Notes: generated from the sequence alone by a model not told the origin. A stretch of DNA of 64,000 bases from a virus (IMGVR_UViG_3300022589_000019:5169-69168), one strand, 5' to 3'. Numbered from the stretch's first letter, positions 28,424-37,878 are shown. Numbers and translations: made by a program.

Positions 28424-30900
28424 ATATCTCTGCCCAGGATGTATTGCTTGCTTTGTTCAACCCCGAAGATACGGTCTGCTTCCGTGTGTTCGATGATAAG
28501 AAGAAAGGTGTATTCTCCGGTGCGAAACTCGAAATGGAAGCGGGCAAATATTCCGCTATCGAAGGCACCCTGAAATCACATAACGAGAAGAATCGTGGCA
28601 TTTTTTTCGTTGTCAACTATGGTGGCCAGGAGGACAGTAGCATCAGCCGTATCAACGCACAGTTCGTTGAGATGGATGACCTCTCCTTCGAGGAACAGCA
28701 GAAAGCAATCGATGAGTTCCCGTTGCCTCCCTCTATGGTTATTAAGACCCGCAAATCTCTGCACGTTTACTGGCTGATGCGTAACGCAAAAGTCGAGCAG
28801 TTCCGCTTTGTGCAGAAACAGCTTGTATCGCATTTTCACGGCGACCCTATGTGCGTTAACGAGAGCCGTGTTATGCGTTTGCCCGGTTTCAATCACTGTA
28901 AGAAAGATCCCATTATGGTGGAATGTCTCTCTTATCACCCTGAACGCAAGTATACCCAGGAACAGCTTCTTGAAGTTTTGCCTCACGCAGAAGAACAACC
29001 GGTCGAGACAAGGGTTGGCACTGAAAGAGGTCTTGAACTTTTGCTTCACGGATGTGATTTCATTAAGCATTGCAGTGAAAAAGCAGCAACCCTCTCCGAA
29101 CACGACTGGTATGCGATGATTACGAACCTTGCACCCTTTGAAGGTGGTGTCAAGCTGATTCACGAGCTTTCAGCTCCGTATCCCGGATACAGCGAATCAA
29201 ACACGCAGCGTAAAATCAATCACTATCTCGATAGTGGCACGAAGCCTATGACCTGCAAGACCATCGCAGAAAAAGGATTCAAGTGTCCCAAGATGGAAAG
29301 CGGTGAATGCACGTGTAAAGCGCCCGCCGCTATGAGCTATCTTCCACTCAATGTAGACGGACTCCGTGAGATTGTAGCTTCGCTTGAGGTTACCGGTGAT
29401 GCGATGAAGGATATGCAGACCGCAAAAAGCTTCATTGAAACCTATCTGTATAACCAGGATGTTGTAACCGCTGAAACGGTCATCAACTTCGAGCTGAAGG
29501 AGCACTTCAAGTTCAAAAACACCTTCCTTCGTCCGCTTTCGCAGATCTACAAGGAGCATAGCCGCGAATACCAGGCAACAAAGTCTCGTGCCAACTCTAT
29601 GATGATGGAGCTTCCACCGTGGTACACCGTGAATACGCAGGGGTTAAAGTTTCTCCCCGGTGTGCTTGGTGAGCATATGGCATCTACTGAAAATGTCTTT
29701 TATGCAGCCGAGCAGTTCTTCCTTTATCAAGGCGGTGTATTCCGTGAAATCTCCGAAATGGAGGCACAGCGTCTTGTGCAGGATAAGATGATTGCTCGTG
29801 AAATGAAGATGAATCAGATTGTGGATGCAACGCAGCAGTGGAAACTTCGTGTACAGAAGGATATCCGTGAGTTAAATCCCAACCCTTATATCATCAATGT
29901 CAAAAACGGTCTTTACAATGTCCTTGAAGATACGCTGATCGAGCATACCCCGGAATACTACTCTACGGTTCAGCTCAATGTCACCTATGACAAGAAGGCA
30001 GATTGCCCTCGTTTCAAGAAGTTTCTCAAGGAATCTATGGGCGGTGATATGGAGCAAGTGGCTCTCATTCAGGAAATGCTCGGTTATTTCCTTATCCCCG
30101 TAAACTCTGCACAGAAATGCTTTGTTATTGTAGGCGTTGCCGGAGCGGGCAAATCCGTATTGCTCCGTGTACTTAACGACATTCTCCTCGGTAAGCAGAA
30201 TGTGTCCAACGTATCCTGGCAGGCTTTGAATGAACGCTTCAAGACCGCAGAACTCTTCGGCAAACTGGCGAATATCTTTGCTGACCTTCCTACGAAGTAC
30301 ATTGATGACAACGGCATCTTCAAAGCACTGGTCGGTGAAGACTATCTGACCGTTGAGAAGAAGAATAAGAACCCCTTCTCGTTCCAGTCTTGTGCAAGAC
30401 TTCTGTTCTCCTGCAACAGCATCCCCAAAAACTACGGTGACCGTTCTGAAGGCTTTTATCGTAGGCTCATTATTATGCGTTTTAATCACTCTGTACCCGC
30501 TGAAAAGCGCGACCCTGAACTTATCGACAAATTCCGCATGGAAGCAGACGGCATTTTCCTCTTTGCCCTCGAAGGACTCAAACGCCTTATGAAGAAGCAG
30601 TTTATGTTCTCCGAAACCGAGGTCAATAAGGCTGAACTTCAGCAGTATCGTGAGGATAGCGATTCTATGCTTTCGTTTGTAAAGGAATGCTGTACCGTCA
30701 GCTCTGATGTCTATGTTGGTAGTGCCGAAATCTTTAATGCGTACAAAGGATACTGTGAAGAATGTGGTCTTAAGCCGTATTCACAGAGGATGTTTGTTCA
30801 GCAGATCACTGCAACCTTTCCTGAAGTCACTCGGGGCAAGGATAATCTTGGTAACAGACGCATTCTCAAGGGAGTGTGTCTCCGCGATGACTTGAACTAA
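28420..30900 (+). CDS. Primase-helicase (RepB-like primase, D5_N and P4-family SF3 helicase)
   Basis: TRKSLHVYW, RVMRLPG, INVKNG, GVAGAGKS, KLLFSCN-like RLLFSCN, RRLIIMRF. Confidence 0.92.
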   Translation: MNISAQDVLLALFNPEDTVCFRVFDDKKKGVFSGAKLEMEAGKYSAIEGTLKSHNEKNRGIFFVVNYGGQEDSSISRINAQFVEMDDLSFEEQQKAIDEFPLPPSMVIKTRKSLHVYWLMRNAKVEQFRFVQKQLVSHFHGDPMCVNESRVMRLPGFNHCKKDPIMVECLSYHPERKYTQEQLLEVLPHAEEQPVETRVGTERGLELLLHGCDFIKHCSEKAATLSEHDWYAMITNLAPFEGGVKLIHELSAPYPGYSESNTQRKINHYLDSGTKPMTCKTIAEKGFKCPKMESGECTCKAPAAMSYLPLNVDGLREIVASLEVTGDAMKDMQTAKSFIETYLYNQDVVTAETVINFELKEHFKFKNTFLRPLSQIYKEHSREYQATKSRANSMMMELPPWYTVNTQGLKFLPGVLGEHMASTENVFYAAEQFFLYQGGVFREISEMEAQRLVQDKMIAREMKMNQIVDATQQWKLRVQKDIRELNPNPYIINVKNGLYNVLEDTLIEHTPEYYSTVQLNVTYDKKADCPRFKKFLKESMGGDMEQVALIQEMLGYFLIPVNSAQKCFVIVGVAGAGKSVLLRVLNDILLGKQNVSNVSWQALNERFKTAELFGKLANIFADLPTKYIDDNGIFKALVGEDYLTVEKKNKNPFSFQSCARLLFSCNSIPKNYGDRSEGFYRRLIIMRFNHSVPAEKRDPELIDKFRMEADGIFLFALEGLKRLMKKQFMFSETEVNKAELQQYREDSDSMLSFVKECCTVSSDVYVGSAEIFNAYKGYCEECGLKPYSQRMFVQQITATFPEVTRGKDNLGNRRILKGVCLRDDLN

Positions 30901-30920
30901 CACCAAAAATCTAAACTACT

Positions 30921-31112
30921 TGGACACATGGACACTATGGACACCAAAAAACCTATTTTTATATATTTATATTTTGAAAAAACACACCTTTCCAATATAT
31001 GCGAATATTTTCAAGATAAATTTCCGTGAAAATAAAAATTTTAGTGTCCAATGTGTCCAAGACCTTATAAATCAAGGGTTTTACCCGGACACATAAAGGA
31101 GTTTATGGACAC
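30921..31112. repeat. Putative replication origin: GGACAC iterons around an AT-rich tract
   Basis: TGGACAC at 30921, 30929, 30938; inverted GTGTCCA at 31044, 31053; GGACAC at 31087 and 31107; AT-rich 30945-31043; directly after the primase. Confidence 0.65.
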
Positions 31113-31532
31113 ATGAAGGAAAATGACATCGTTAAAGCCATATTGAAATACCTAAAAACCGTACCGCACTGTTTCTCTTGGAAAGAACACGGCGGTATGT
31201 ACGGCACAGCCGGAATACCCGATATTATTGCCTGTATTGATGGCGGGTTTTACGCTTTTGAAGTAAAAACCGATACTGGCAAAACCACAGGTCTCCAAGA
31301 TGCCACTATTCGCAAGATACTCGCTGCCGGAGGAACGGCTATGGTGGTTAGATCCGTGGATGAAGTCCGCAACATTATTGAGGGCAATATTCTCGGTTAC
31401 GGAATCTGCAAACATTGCGGACAATTCTTCGAGAAAACGGGTTCTCGGCAAATATACTGCCATAACGAAGAATGCCAACGCGCCAGAAACGCCAAAAATC
31501 AACGAAATCACCGCAAACAGAAAATCACTTAA
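31113..31532 (+). CDS. VRR-NUC domain nuclease with C-terminal zinc-finger extension
   Basis: GIPDIIAC...AFEVK...LQ...I..AGG..VVRS; extra CKHC...YCHNEEC. Confidence 0.88.
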   Translation: MKENDIVKAILKYLKTVPHCFSWKEHGGMYGTAGIPDIIACIDGGFYAFEVKTDTGKTTGLQDATIRKILAAGGTAMVVRSVDEVRNIIEGNILGYGICKHCGQFFEKTGSRQIYCHNEECQRARNAKNQRNHRKQKIT

Positions 31533-31599
31533 TGCAATGCTTTACAACGCACCAACGCTTCAATGCCTCACTGTGAATATCACGTTGGAGGTACTGAAT

Positions 31600-32019
31600 A
31601 TGACCGCTAAAGAATTCCTTTCACAAGCTCGTTACCTCGATATGAGGATCAACAGCAAAGTCGAACAAATCGACTCCCTTAATGACCTTGCAACAAAATG
31701 CACCTCGACTTTAACCGGGATGCCACACAACCCTTCTCCCAGCACCTCTCTTATGGCAGATGCAGTTTGCAAGATTGTCGACCTTCAAGAAGAACTCGGT
31801 AGAGATGTTCAGGAACTGGTGGAGCTTAAGCACCGCATTTCAACCCTTATTAAGTCTGTTCCTCATCACGAACTACAAACCCTTCTCGAAAAACGCTATC
31901 TGTGTTTCCAGTCCTGGGAGCAGATTGCGGTGGATATGTGTCACACCATACACCACCTATACAAACTCCATAACGAAGCACTGAATTTTTGTGATGAAAA
32001 ACTGAAATTGGATACCTAA
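31600..32019 (+). CDS. DUF1492/ArpU-like late transcriptional regulator
   Basis: MTAKEFLSQARYLD...LLEKRYLCFQSWEQIAVDM; start reassigned to 31600. Confidence 0.85.
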   Translation: MTAKEFLSQARYLDMRINSKVEQIDSLNDLATKCTSTLTGMPHNPSPSTSLMADAVCKIVDLQEELGRDVQELVELKHRISTLIKSVPHHELQTLLEKRYLCFQSWEQIAVDMCHTIHHLYKLHNEALNFCDEKLKLDT

Positions 32020-32115
32020 AGACATAGAATGATACCTACATCTTATGGTATTATTATAATGGACAAAGAGAATAAGGACAGCCTTCGTGGGGACCTCCCT
32101 GCGGAGGCTTTTCTT
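32020..32115 (+). promoter_or_regulatory. Putative late promoter with downstream terminator-like hairpin
   Basis: GATACCTA at 32012 and 32032, TATAAT 32055-32060 without a good -35; hairpin 32080-32109 followed by T-tract. Confidence 0.5.
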
Positions 32116-32139
32116 ATGCCCGGCGGAAGGAGGAGTTGT

Positions 32140-32223
32140 ATGGGTTACCGCAAGGTTGGCTATCTTGAACAGCTATGGTACATCCTCAAATACAAGTTGG
32201 GAGAACTGTTCCGTAGGAGGTGA
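32140..32223 (+). CDS. 27-aa small ORF
   Basis: Strong RBS AGGAGGAG; MGYRKVGYLEQLWYILKYKLGELFRRR. Confidence 0.5.
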   Translation: MGYRKVGYLEQLWYILKYKLGELFRRR

Positions 32224-32227
32224 AAGA

Positions 32228-32587
32228 ATGCCGAAGAAACCCAAGCGACCGTGTTCTTACCCCGGCTGCCCCAAGCTCACCGATGGAAGGTTCTGTGAAG
32301 AACACGCCAAGGTGGAAGCTAAACGCTACGAGATGTACGACCGAGACCCTGCCGTTCGTAAACGCTACGGCCGTGCCTGGAAGCGTATCCGTGACAGCTA
32401 TGTGGAACAGCACCCGCTGTGTGAACAGTGTGAAGCTAACGGCTTGCTCGTCCCGACCGCAGAGGTTCATCATAAAAAACCTTTATCGGAAGGTGGCACA
32501 CATAGTCGAGACAATTTGATTGCTCTGTGCAAAGCCTGTCACGCAAAGATACACGCAGACCGTGGCGACCGTTGGCACGACCGCTGA
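32228..32587 (+). CDS. HNH endonuclease (packaging-associated, HK97 gp74-like)
   Basis: PLCEQC...VHHKKP...NLIALCKACHAKIH. Confidence 0.93.
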   Translation: MPKKPKRPCSYPGCPKLTDGRFCEEHAKVEAKRYEMYDRDPAVRKRYGRAWKRIRDSYVEQHPLCEQCEANGLLVPTAEVHHKKPLSEGGTHSRDNLIALCKACHAKIHADRGDRWHDR

Positions 32588-32695
32588 CCCGGTGGGGGTA
32601 TCAAAATCTCTACGACTAAACAATCGTGCAACGGGCGTGGGGTATCGTGTTAAAAAACCGGAAATCAAACGGGGTATTAACCCCAGGAGGTGATT
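32588..32695. other. Candidate cos region
   Basis: Intergenic between HNH and terS, with cccggtggggg-tatcaaaatctct and G-rich blocks as seen in HK97-like cos phages; exact cut site unknown. Confidence 0.45.
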
Positions 32696-32697
32696 TT

Positions 32698-33237
32698 ATG
32701 GCTAAAGACGGAACTGCACGAGGCGGTTCCAGGGTTGGATCGGGTCGAAAACCCAAGGCACTTGCAGACAAAATTGCCGACGGAAGACTTGATGGTGCGA
32801 TGGTTTTACCTACACCTACAGAAATAGAAGGTGTAGAAGTTCCACCGATTAAGGAGTATTTGAAGGCAAAACAGAAAAGCGGCAAAGACCTTTGTGCCGA
32901 AGAGGTCTACCGAGACACCTATGCGTGGCTTAAAGCTCGTGGCTGCGAACGGTTAGTAAACAACCAGCTTATCGAGCAATACGCAATGAGTGTCAGCCGT
33001 TGGATTCAGTGTGAGGAATGCATCTCCGAGTACGGCTTCCTTGCAAAGCATCCGACCACAGGAAATGCCATCGCATCACCCTATGTTGCGATGAGCCAGA
33101 CCTATATGAAACAGGTCAACCAGGTTTGGTATCAAATCTACCAAATCGTAAAAGAAAACTGTGCTGTGGAGTATGGCGGCAACTCTCCGCAGGACGATCT
33201 CATGGAGCGGTTGCTCTCCGCTCGGAAAGGAAACTAA
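32698..33237 (+). CDS. terS: Terminase small subunit (P27 family)
   Basis: RGGSRVGSGRKPK, LIEQYAMSVSRW, ASPYVAM. Confidence 0.9.
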   Translation: MAKDGTARGGSRVGSGRKPKALADKIADGRLDGAMVLPTPTEIEGVEVPPIKEYLKAKQKSGKDLCAEEVYRDTYAWLKARGCERLVNNQLIEQYAMSVSRWIQCEECISEYGFLAKHPTTGNAIASPYVAMSQTYMKQVNQVWYQIYQIVKENCAVEYGGNSPQDDLMERLLSARKGN

Positions 33238-33238
33238 T

Positions 33239-34021
33239 ATGTTTGAAAAAGTAAACCCTGCCCACCCCGACAAGGTGGCAGACAGAATTGCCGGGGCCAT
33301 TGTTGACCTGGCATATGCTGTCGAAGAAAACCCGAAGGTAGCTGTCGAGGTTCTTATCGGCCACGGCACATGCCACGCAATCATTGAAACAACTGCTGCC
33401 ATCGATAAAGTGGATGTAGCAAAAGCTATCCACCGCATCGGTGGCAATCTTATGTGTAACATCGTTGTTGTTCCCCAGGATACGCACCTTGCCCGTAATC
33501 AGGAAGATGCCATTCGCTGTGGTGATAACGGCATCTTCAAGGGTGTGCCTATGACAAAGGAACAGATGACCCTCTCCGGCATTGCAAGAGATATCTATGC
33601 TGTGCATCCTTATGATGGTAAGTACATTATTAACGGAGACAACCTTGTTATCTGTCAGAGCAACGTTGATACAAACGAACTCAAACAGCTCTATCCCAAG
33701 GCACAGATTAACCCGCTCGGAGATTGGACCGGCGGAACAGACGTTGATACTGGTGCTACAAACAGAAAGCTCGGCAGTGATATGGCCGATTCTGTTACAG
33801 GTGGTGGACTTCACGGCAAAGACCTCTCCAAAGCAGATGTCAGCGTAAACATTTACGCTTGGCTTGAGGCACAGAGAACCGGCAAGACTGTCGAACTCTG
33901 CTGTGCTATTGGTGATGAGACCGTTGGGGGCATTCCTTATGAGAAGATTGTCGAAACGGCTCGAAAGTTTATCACCTCCGTAGGCGGCTTTGAGAAATTT
34001 GCGGAATGGGGGCTGGTTTAA
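33239..34021 (+). CDS. metK: Compact phage S-adenosylmethionine synthetase
   Basis: EKVNPAHPDKVADRI, GDNGIF, DTGATNRK, GGGLHGKDLSKADVS; about 260 aa, shorter than cellular MetK. Confidence 0.88.
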   Translation: MFEKVNPAHPDKVADRIAGAIVDLAYAVEENPKVAVEVLIGHGTCHAIIETTAAIDKVDVAKAIHRIGGNLMCNIVVVPQDTHLARNQEDAIRCGDNGIFKGVPMTKEQMTLSGIARDIYAVHPYDGKYIINGDNLVICQSNVDTNELKQLYPKAQINPLGDWTGGTDVDTGATNRKLGSDMADSVTGGGLHGKDLSKADVSVNIYAWLEAQRTGKTVELCCAIGDETVGGIPYEKIVETARKFITSVGGFEKFAEWGLV

Positions 34022-35256
34022 TGCTTATTGAAAACAAGAAACTGACCGACCTTATTCCTGCTGACTATAATCCCCGTAAGGACTTAAAACCCGGTGACGA
34101 CGAATATGAAAAGCTGAAACGCTCCATTGAGCAGTTCGGTATGGTTCAGCCGGTCATTTGGAATAAAACTACGGGACGTGTGGTTGGCGGTCATCAGCGT
34201 TTGAAGGTTCTCATTGATATGGGACACACCGAAACCGAGTGTGTTATAGTCGAAATGGATGAAGCACAGGAAAAGGCTCTCAACATCGCTCTTAACAAAA
34301 TCAGCGGTGATTGGGATAAGGATAAATTGGCACTGCTTATTTCCGACTTGCAGGGCGAAGACTTTGACGTAACCCTTACGGGTTTTGACCCTCGTGAAAT
34401 CGATGACATCTTCAAGGCAACACTCCAGGAAGGTGTCAAAGAAGATGACTTTGACGTTGAGGCAGAACTGCAAAAGCCTACCTTCTCCAAGGCGGGCGAT
34501 CTTTGGATGCTCGGCAGACACCGCCTGGTTTGCGGTGACAGCACCAAGGCTGACACATTTGAGCTTCTGATGAACGGTGTCAAGGCAAACCTTGTCATCA
34601 CCGACCCACCCTACAACGTCAACTATGAAGGTTCGGCAGGCAAAATTAAAAACGATAATATGGCAAAAGAAGCGTTTTATCAGCTCTTGCTTGATTCCTT
34701 CACTAACACCGAAAGAGCAATGGCTGATGACGCTTCTATTTATATTTTCCATGCGGACACCGAGGGTTTAAATTTCCGCAGAGCCTTTGAGGATGCCGGC
34801 TTCTATCTTTCCGGCACGTGCATTTGGAAAAAGCAATCCCTGGTGCTTGGCCGTTCTCCTTATCAGTGGCAGCACGAACCCGTCCTCTTCGGTTGGAAGA
34901 AGAAAGGCAAACATCAGTGGTACACCGGCCGTAAGGAATCCACCATTTGGGAGTTCGACAAACCCAAGAAGAACGGTGACCATCCTACGATGAAACCTAT
35001 CCCTCTGTTGGCGTACCCCATTATGAATTCCTCAATGAGCAACACGGTTGTGCTTGACCCCTTTGGCGGTTCCGGTAGCACCTTGATTGCTTGTGAACAG
35101 ACAGAACGCATTTGCCACACCATCGAGCTGGATGAGAAGTTCTGCGATGTAATCGTAAAGCGTTACATTGAGCAGGTCGGCTCTTCCAAGGATGTAAAGG
35201 TTCAGCGTGATGGTTTAACTTACAGCTTTGACGAAGTTGGAGGTACAAATGAATAA
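34021..35256 (+). CDS. ParB-N-terminal domain fused to beta-class N4/N6 DNA methyltransferase
   Basis: YNPRK...VVGGHQR; TDPPY; HPTMKP; VLDPFGGSGST. Confidence 0.93.
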   Translation: MLIENKKLTDLIPADYNPRKDLKPGDDEYEKLKRSIEQFGMVQPVIWNKTTGRVVGGHQRLKVLIDMGHTETECVIVEMDEAQEKALNIALNKISGDWDKDKLALLISDLQGEDFDVTLTGFDPREIDDIFKATLQEGVKEDDFDVEAELQKPTFSKAGDLWMLGRHRLVCGDSTKADTFELLMNGVKANLVITDPPYNVNYEGSAGKIKNDNMAKEAFYQLLLDSFTNTERAMADDASIYIFHADTEGLNFRRAFEDAGFYLSGTCIWKKQSLVLGRSPYQWQHEPVLFGWKKKGKHQWYTGRKESTIWEFDKPKKNGDHPTMKPIPLLAYPIMNSSMSNTVVLDPFGGSGSTLIACEQTERICHTIELDEKFCDVIVKRYIEQVGSSKDVKVQRDGLTYSFDEVGGTNE

Positions 35257-37552
35257 CTTAACGCTCGGCAGCTTGTTTGATGGCTCGGGCGGTTTTCCTT
35301 TAGGCGGCTTGCTTTCCGGTATCACCCCTGTGTGGGCATCGGAAATCGAGCCGTTTCCTATTAGGGTTACCACCAAGCGGCTGCCTTTTATGAAACACTA
35401 TGGTGATATCTCCACTATGGATGGCGGGAAAATTGAACCCGTGGATATTATCACCTTCGGCTCTCCTTGCACCGATATGTCAGTGGCAGGTAAACGAGCC
35501 GGACTGGAAGGACGACAATCTGTGCTGTTCTACCAAGCCATCCGCATCATTAAAGAAATGAGGAGTGCCACCAATGGTAAATACCCAAGATACATCGTGT
35601 GGGAGAATGTCCCCGGCGCCTTCTCCTCAAACGGCGGAGAAGATTTCAAAGCCGTCCTCGAAGCGGTCATCGACATCGCAGAGCCGGACACCGAGGTGCC
35701 TATGCCTGAAAAAGGCAGATGGCCTTATGCAGACAGCTACATGGGAGACAGATGGAGCGTTGCTTACCGAACTCTCGATGCTCAATACTGGGGAGTCCCC
35801 CAACGCAGACGCCGCATCTACCTTGTCGCAGATTTTGCAGGCAAAGGTGCCCCCGACATATTATTTAAGTCCGAGGGCGTGTCAGGGTATTCTGCGGAGA
35901 GCTTCCGTGCGTGGCAAAGAGCTGCCGGAAGTGCTCCGTGTTGCATTGGAGCGTCAGGCTTCGATGGATACAACGGAGACTTAACGGGAGAGGTTTCTTC
36001 CACTCTCGGTGTAAACTGTGGTATGTCCACTGGTCGCAACGGCATCGTGCTAAACGACCAGGGCGGCAATCGAATGGATATCACCGATGAGGTAACCGCA
36101 ACCCTTCGAGCCGAAGCACACCACCCTCCGTGCGTGTTGGAATCAGCCGGGTTCTGTACCGAGCATTCAGCTAAAAGCCGTAGCATTGGTTACGAAGAGG
36201 AAACTTCTCCGACGCTCCGTGCCGGTGTTGTCCCGGCAGCAGTTGCCTTGGAAAACCATCCTGCCGACAGCAGAGTAACCATTGCGGATGATGATAAGGT
36301 ACAAACCCTAACCTCCCGTATGGGTACAGGTGGTGGCAATGTACCTCTCGTTATGAAAATCCGCTCCGGCTGTGAAGGCGGTGGAAAAGGCGCTTTGATT
36401 CAGGAAAACAAGTCCGCAACACTTTCTTGCAATAACGACCAAACCTTGTTTGAACCGTGTAGTTGGGATGGCGGACAGACCGTTTCTACCTTGACCGCAC
36501 ACAACGCAGGCGGAAGCCAACGAATGCCAGACAAGAACCACTTCAACTGTGTTCTGCAGGCTTATGGAATCTGTTCCAAAGATAGCAACGCTATGAAATC
36601 TGCCAATCCTCACAGTGGTATTTATGAGGCTGATACCTCTCGTACTCTTGATGGCAACGGTGGAAACCCCGGTTGCAACCAGGGTGGCATTGCTGTGGTA
36701 TGTGTCGACCAAGGCGGAGGTAAAAGTTCTTGCAGTGTCAGTGAGGATGTTTCTCCCACGCTTGCTTGTACCCACGGCGGTGAACCTGCGGTTTGTGTTA
36801 AGGGCGGAACAATTGTAATCGAAGGCAACGGCACCCGCCCCTCTCACCAAGGAGATGGTTATAAGGAGTCCGATGTGATGTACACCCTTAACACCGTTGA
36901 CCGCCACGCTGTCTATGCAATGACAACGGGCAGTTTCACACAGGTGTCTCAAGATACCTCCCCAACGCTTATGGCGAGAGACTTTAAAGACCCAAATGCT
37001 GTATGTTACGGCATCGGCAGAGATGCATTTAACCAGGGCAAAAACGCACAGTTCACTCCTTCGGTCTCTGAAGAGACACAACCGACACTGGTTGCCAAAG
37101 GCCCCGGTGCTGTTGCGACTCCTTATGGTTTTGACCCTTCTGCAAGTCGTGATGTTGGGCAGTACTTCCTTGAAGATTGTGGCAACACACTTGTCAACGG
37201 ATCTTGCCCCGGACACCATAACGGTGTTGTCGAGCCGACCTATACGGTTCGTAGATTAACTCCTACCGAATGTGCAAGACTTCAGGGCTTCCCCGATTGG
37301 TGGTGTGATAACCTCGGCATCGAAGAACCCACTATGGATGACATCCGTTACTGGTACGATGTGTTTGAGACCCACCGCAGAATTGTCGGCGGGTCCACAA
37401 AACCCAAGACCCTCAAGCAGATAAAGAAGTGGCTCACCGACCCGCATTCCGATGCTGCGGAATATAAGATGTGGGGCAACGGTGTGGCACTGCCTTGCGT
37501 GTTCTTTGTGCTTTCGGGCATTGTTTACTATAACAGCCTCAACGAAGGCTGA
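35249..37552 (+). CDS. C5-cytosine DNA methyltransferase with greatly expanded repetitive variable region
   Basis: SLFDGSGG, FGSPCTD, VWENVPG, QRRRRIY, RRLTPTECARLQGFP, WGNGV; about 12 'TL' repeats. Confidence 0.93.
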   Translation: MNNLTLGSLFDGSGGFPLGGLLSGITPVWASEIEPFPIRVTTKRLPFMKHYGDISTMDGGKIEPVDIITFGSPCTDMSVAGKRAGLEGRQSVLFYQAIRIIKEMRSATNGKYPRYIVWENVPGAFSSNGGEDFKAVLEAVIDIAEPDTEVPMPEKGRWPYADSYMGDRWSVAYRTLDAQYWGVPQRRRRIYLVADFAGKGAPDILFKSEGVSGYSAESFRAWQRAAGSAPCCIGASGFDGYNGDLTGEVSSTLGVNCGMSTGRNGIVLNDQGGNRMDITDEVTATLRAEAHHPPCVLESAGFCTEHSAKSRSIGYEEETSPTLRAGVVPAAVALENHPADSRVTIADDDKVQTLTSRMGTGGGNVPLVMKIRSGCEGGGKGALIQENKSATLSCNNDQTLFEPCSWDGGQTVSTLTAHNAGGSQRMPDKNHFNCVLQAYGICSKDSNAMKSANPHSGIYEADTSRTLDGNGGNPGCNQGGIAVVCVDQGGGKSSCSVSEDVSPTLACTHGGEPAVCVKGGTIVIEGNGTRPSHQGDGYKESDVMYTLNTVDRHAVYAMTTGSFTQVSQDTSPTLMARDFKDPNAVCYGIGRDAFNQGKNAQFTPSVSEETQPTLVAKGPGAVATPYGFDPSASRDVGQYFLEDCGNTLVNGSCPGHHNGVVEPTYTVRRLTPTECARLQGFPDWWCDNLGIEEPTMDDIRYWYDVFETHRRIVGGSTKPKTLKQIKKWLTDPHSDAAEYKMWGNGVALPCVFFVLSGIVYYNSLNEG

Positions 37553-37838
37553 TAATATAGTCTTCCGAATCGGTTATGTACTTTTCGTAATCGATTCGGG
37601 TGACGGCGTTACTGCTGTGGTGGTAACACATTCTTCCTGCCCAACCCAGGAAGCAAATGGTGCCGTCCGGTTGGAGGGACATAATATCATCTACAGGGCG
37701 TTCGGTTGGTTTTGCTCCATCCCCGTAGGTGATACCCTCCAATTCCGCATCGCTCATAAAGCGAAAACGGATAGCGTTGGTTTTAAGAAGGATATAAACC
37801 TTCTTGTCGATTCCAATGAGTTCTTTGATTTTGCGCAT
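37539..37838 (-). CDS. Orphan 99-aa protein under SAM-riboswitch control
   Basis: RBS AAGGAG (37848-37853); immediately downstream of the riboswitch terminator; 14-bp convergent overlap with the C5 MTase. Confidence 0.75.
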   Translation of the reverse strand: MRKIKELIGIDKKVYILLKTNAIRFRFMSDAELEGITYGDGAKPTERPVDDIMSLQPDGTICFLGWAGRMCYHHSSNAVTRIDYEKYITDSEDYIISLR

Positions 37839-37878
37839 AATAAAACGCTCCTTTAAGTTTATTACCTAAAGAGAGCGT

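Noticed and set aside
31300-31599. N-terminal extension of the DUF1492 ORF (similarly 32087, 32626, 33161, 5858, 22246)
   Set aside because: The ORF-track starts overlap upstream genes; better RBS-supported starts lie downstream
33974-33985. CTCCGTAG inside metK as a third sigma-type promoter
   Set aside because: The upstream ACCTCCCCAAAAC block is absent
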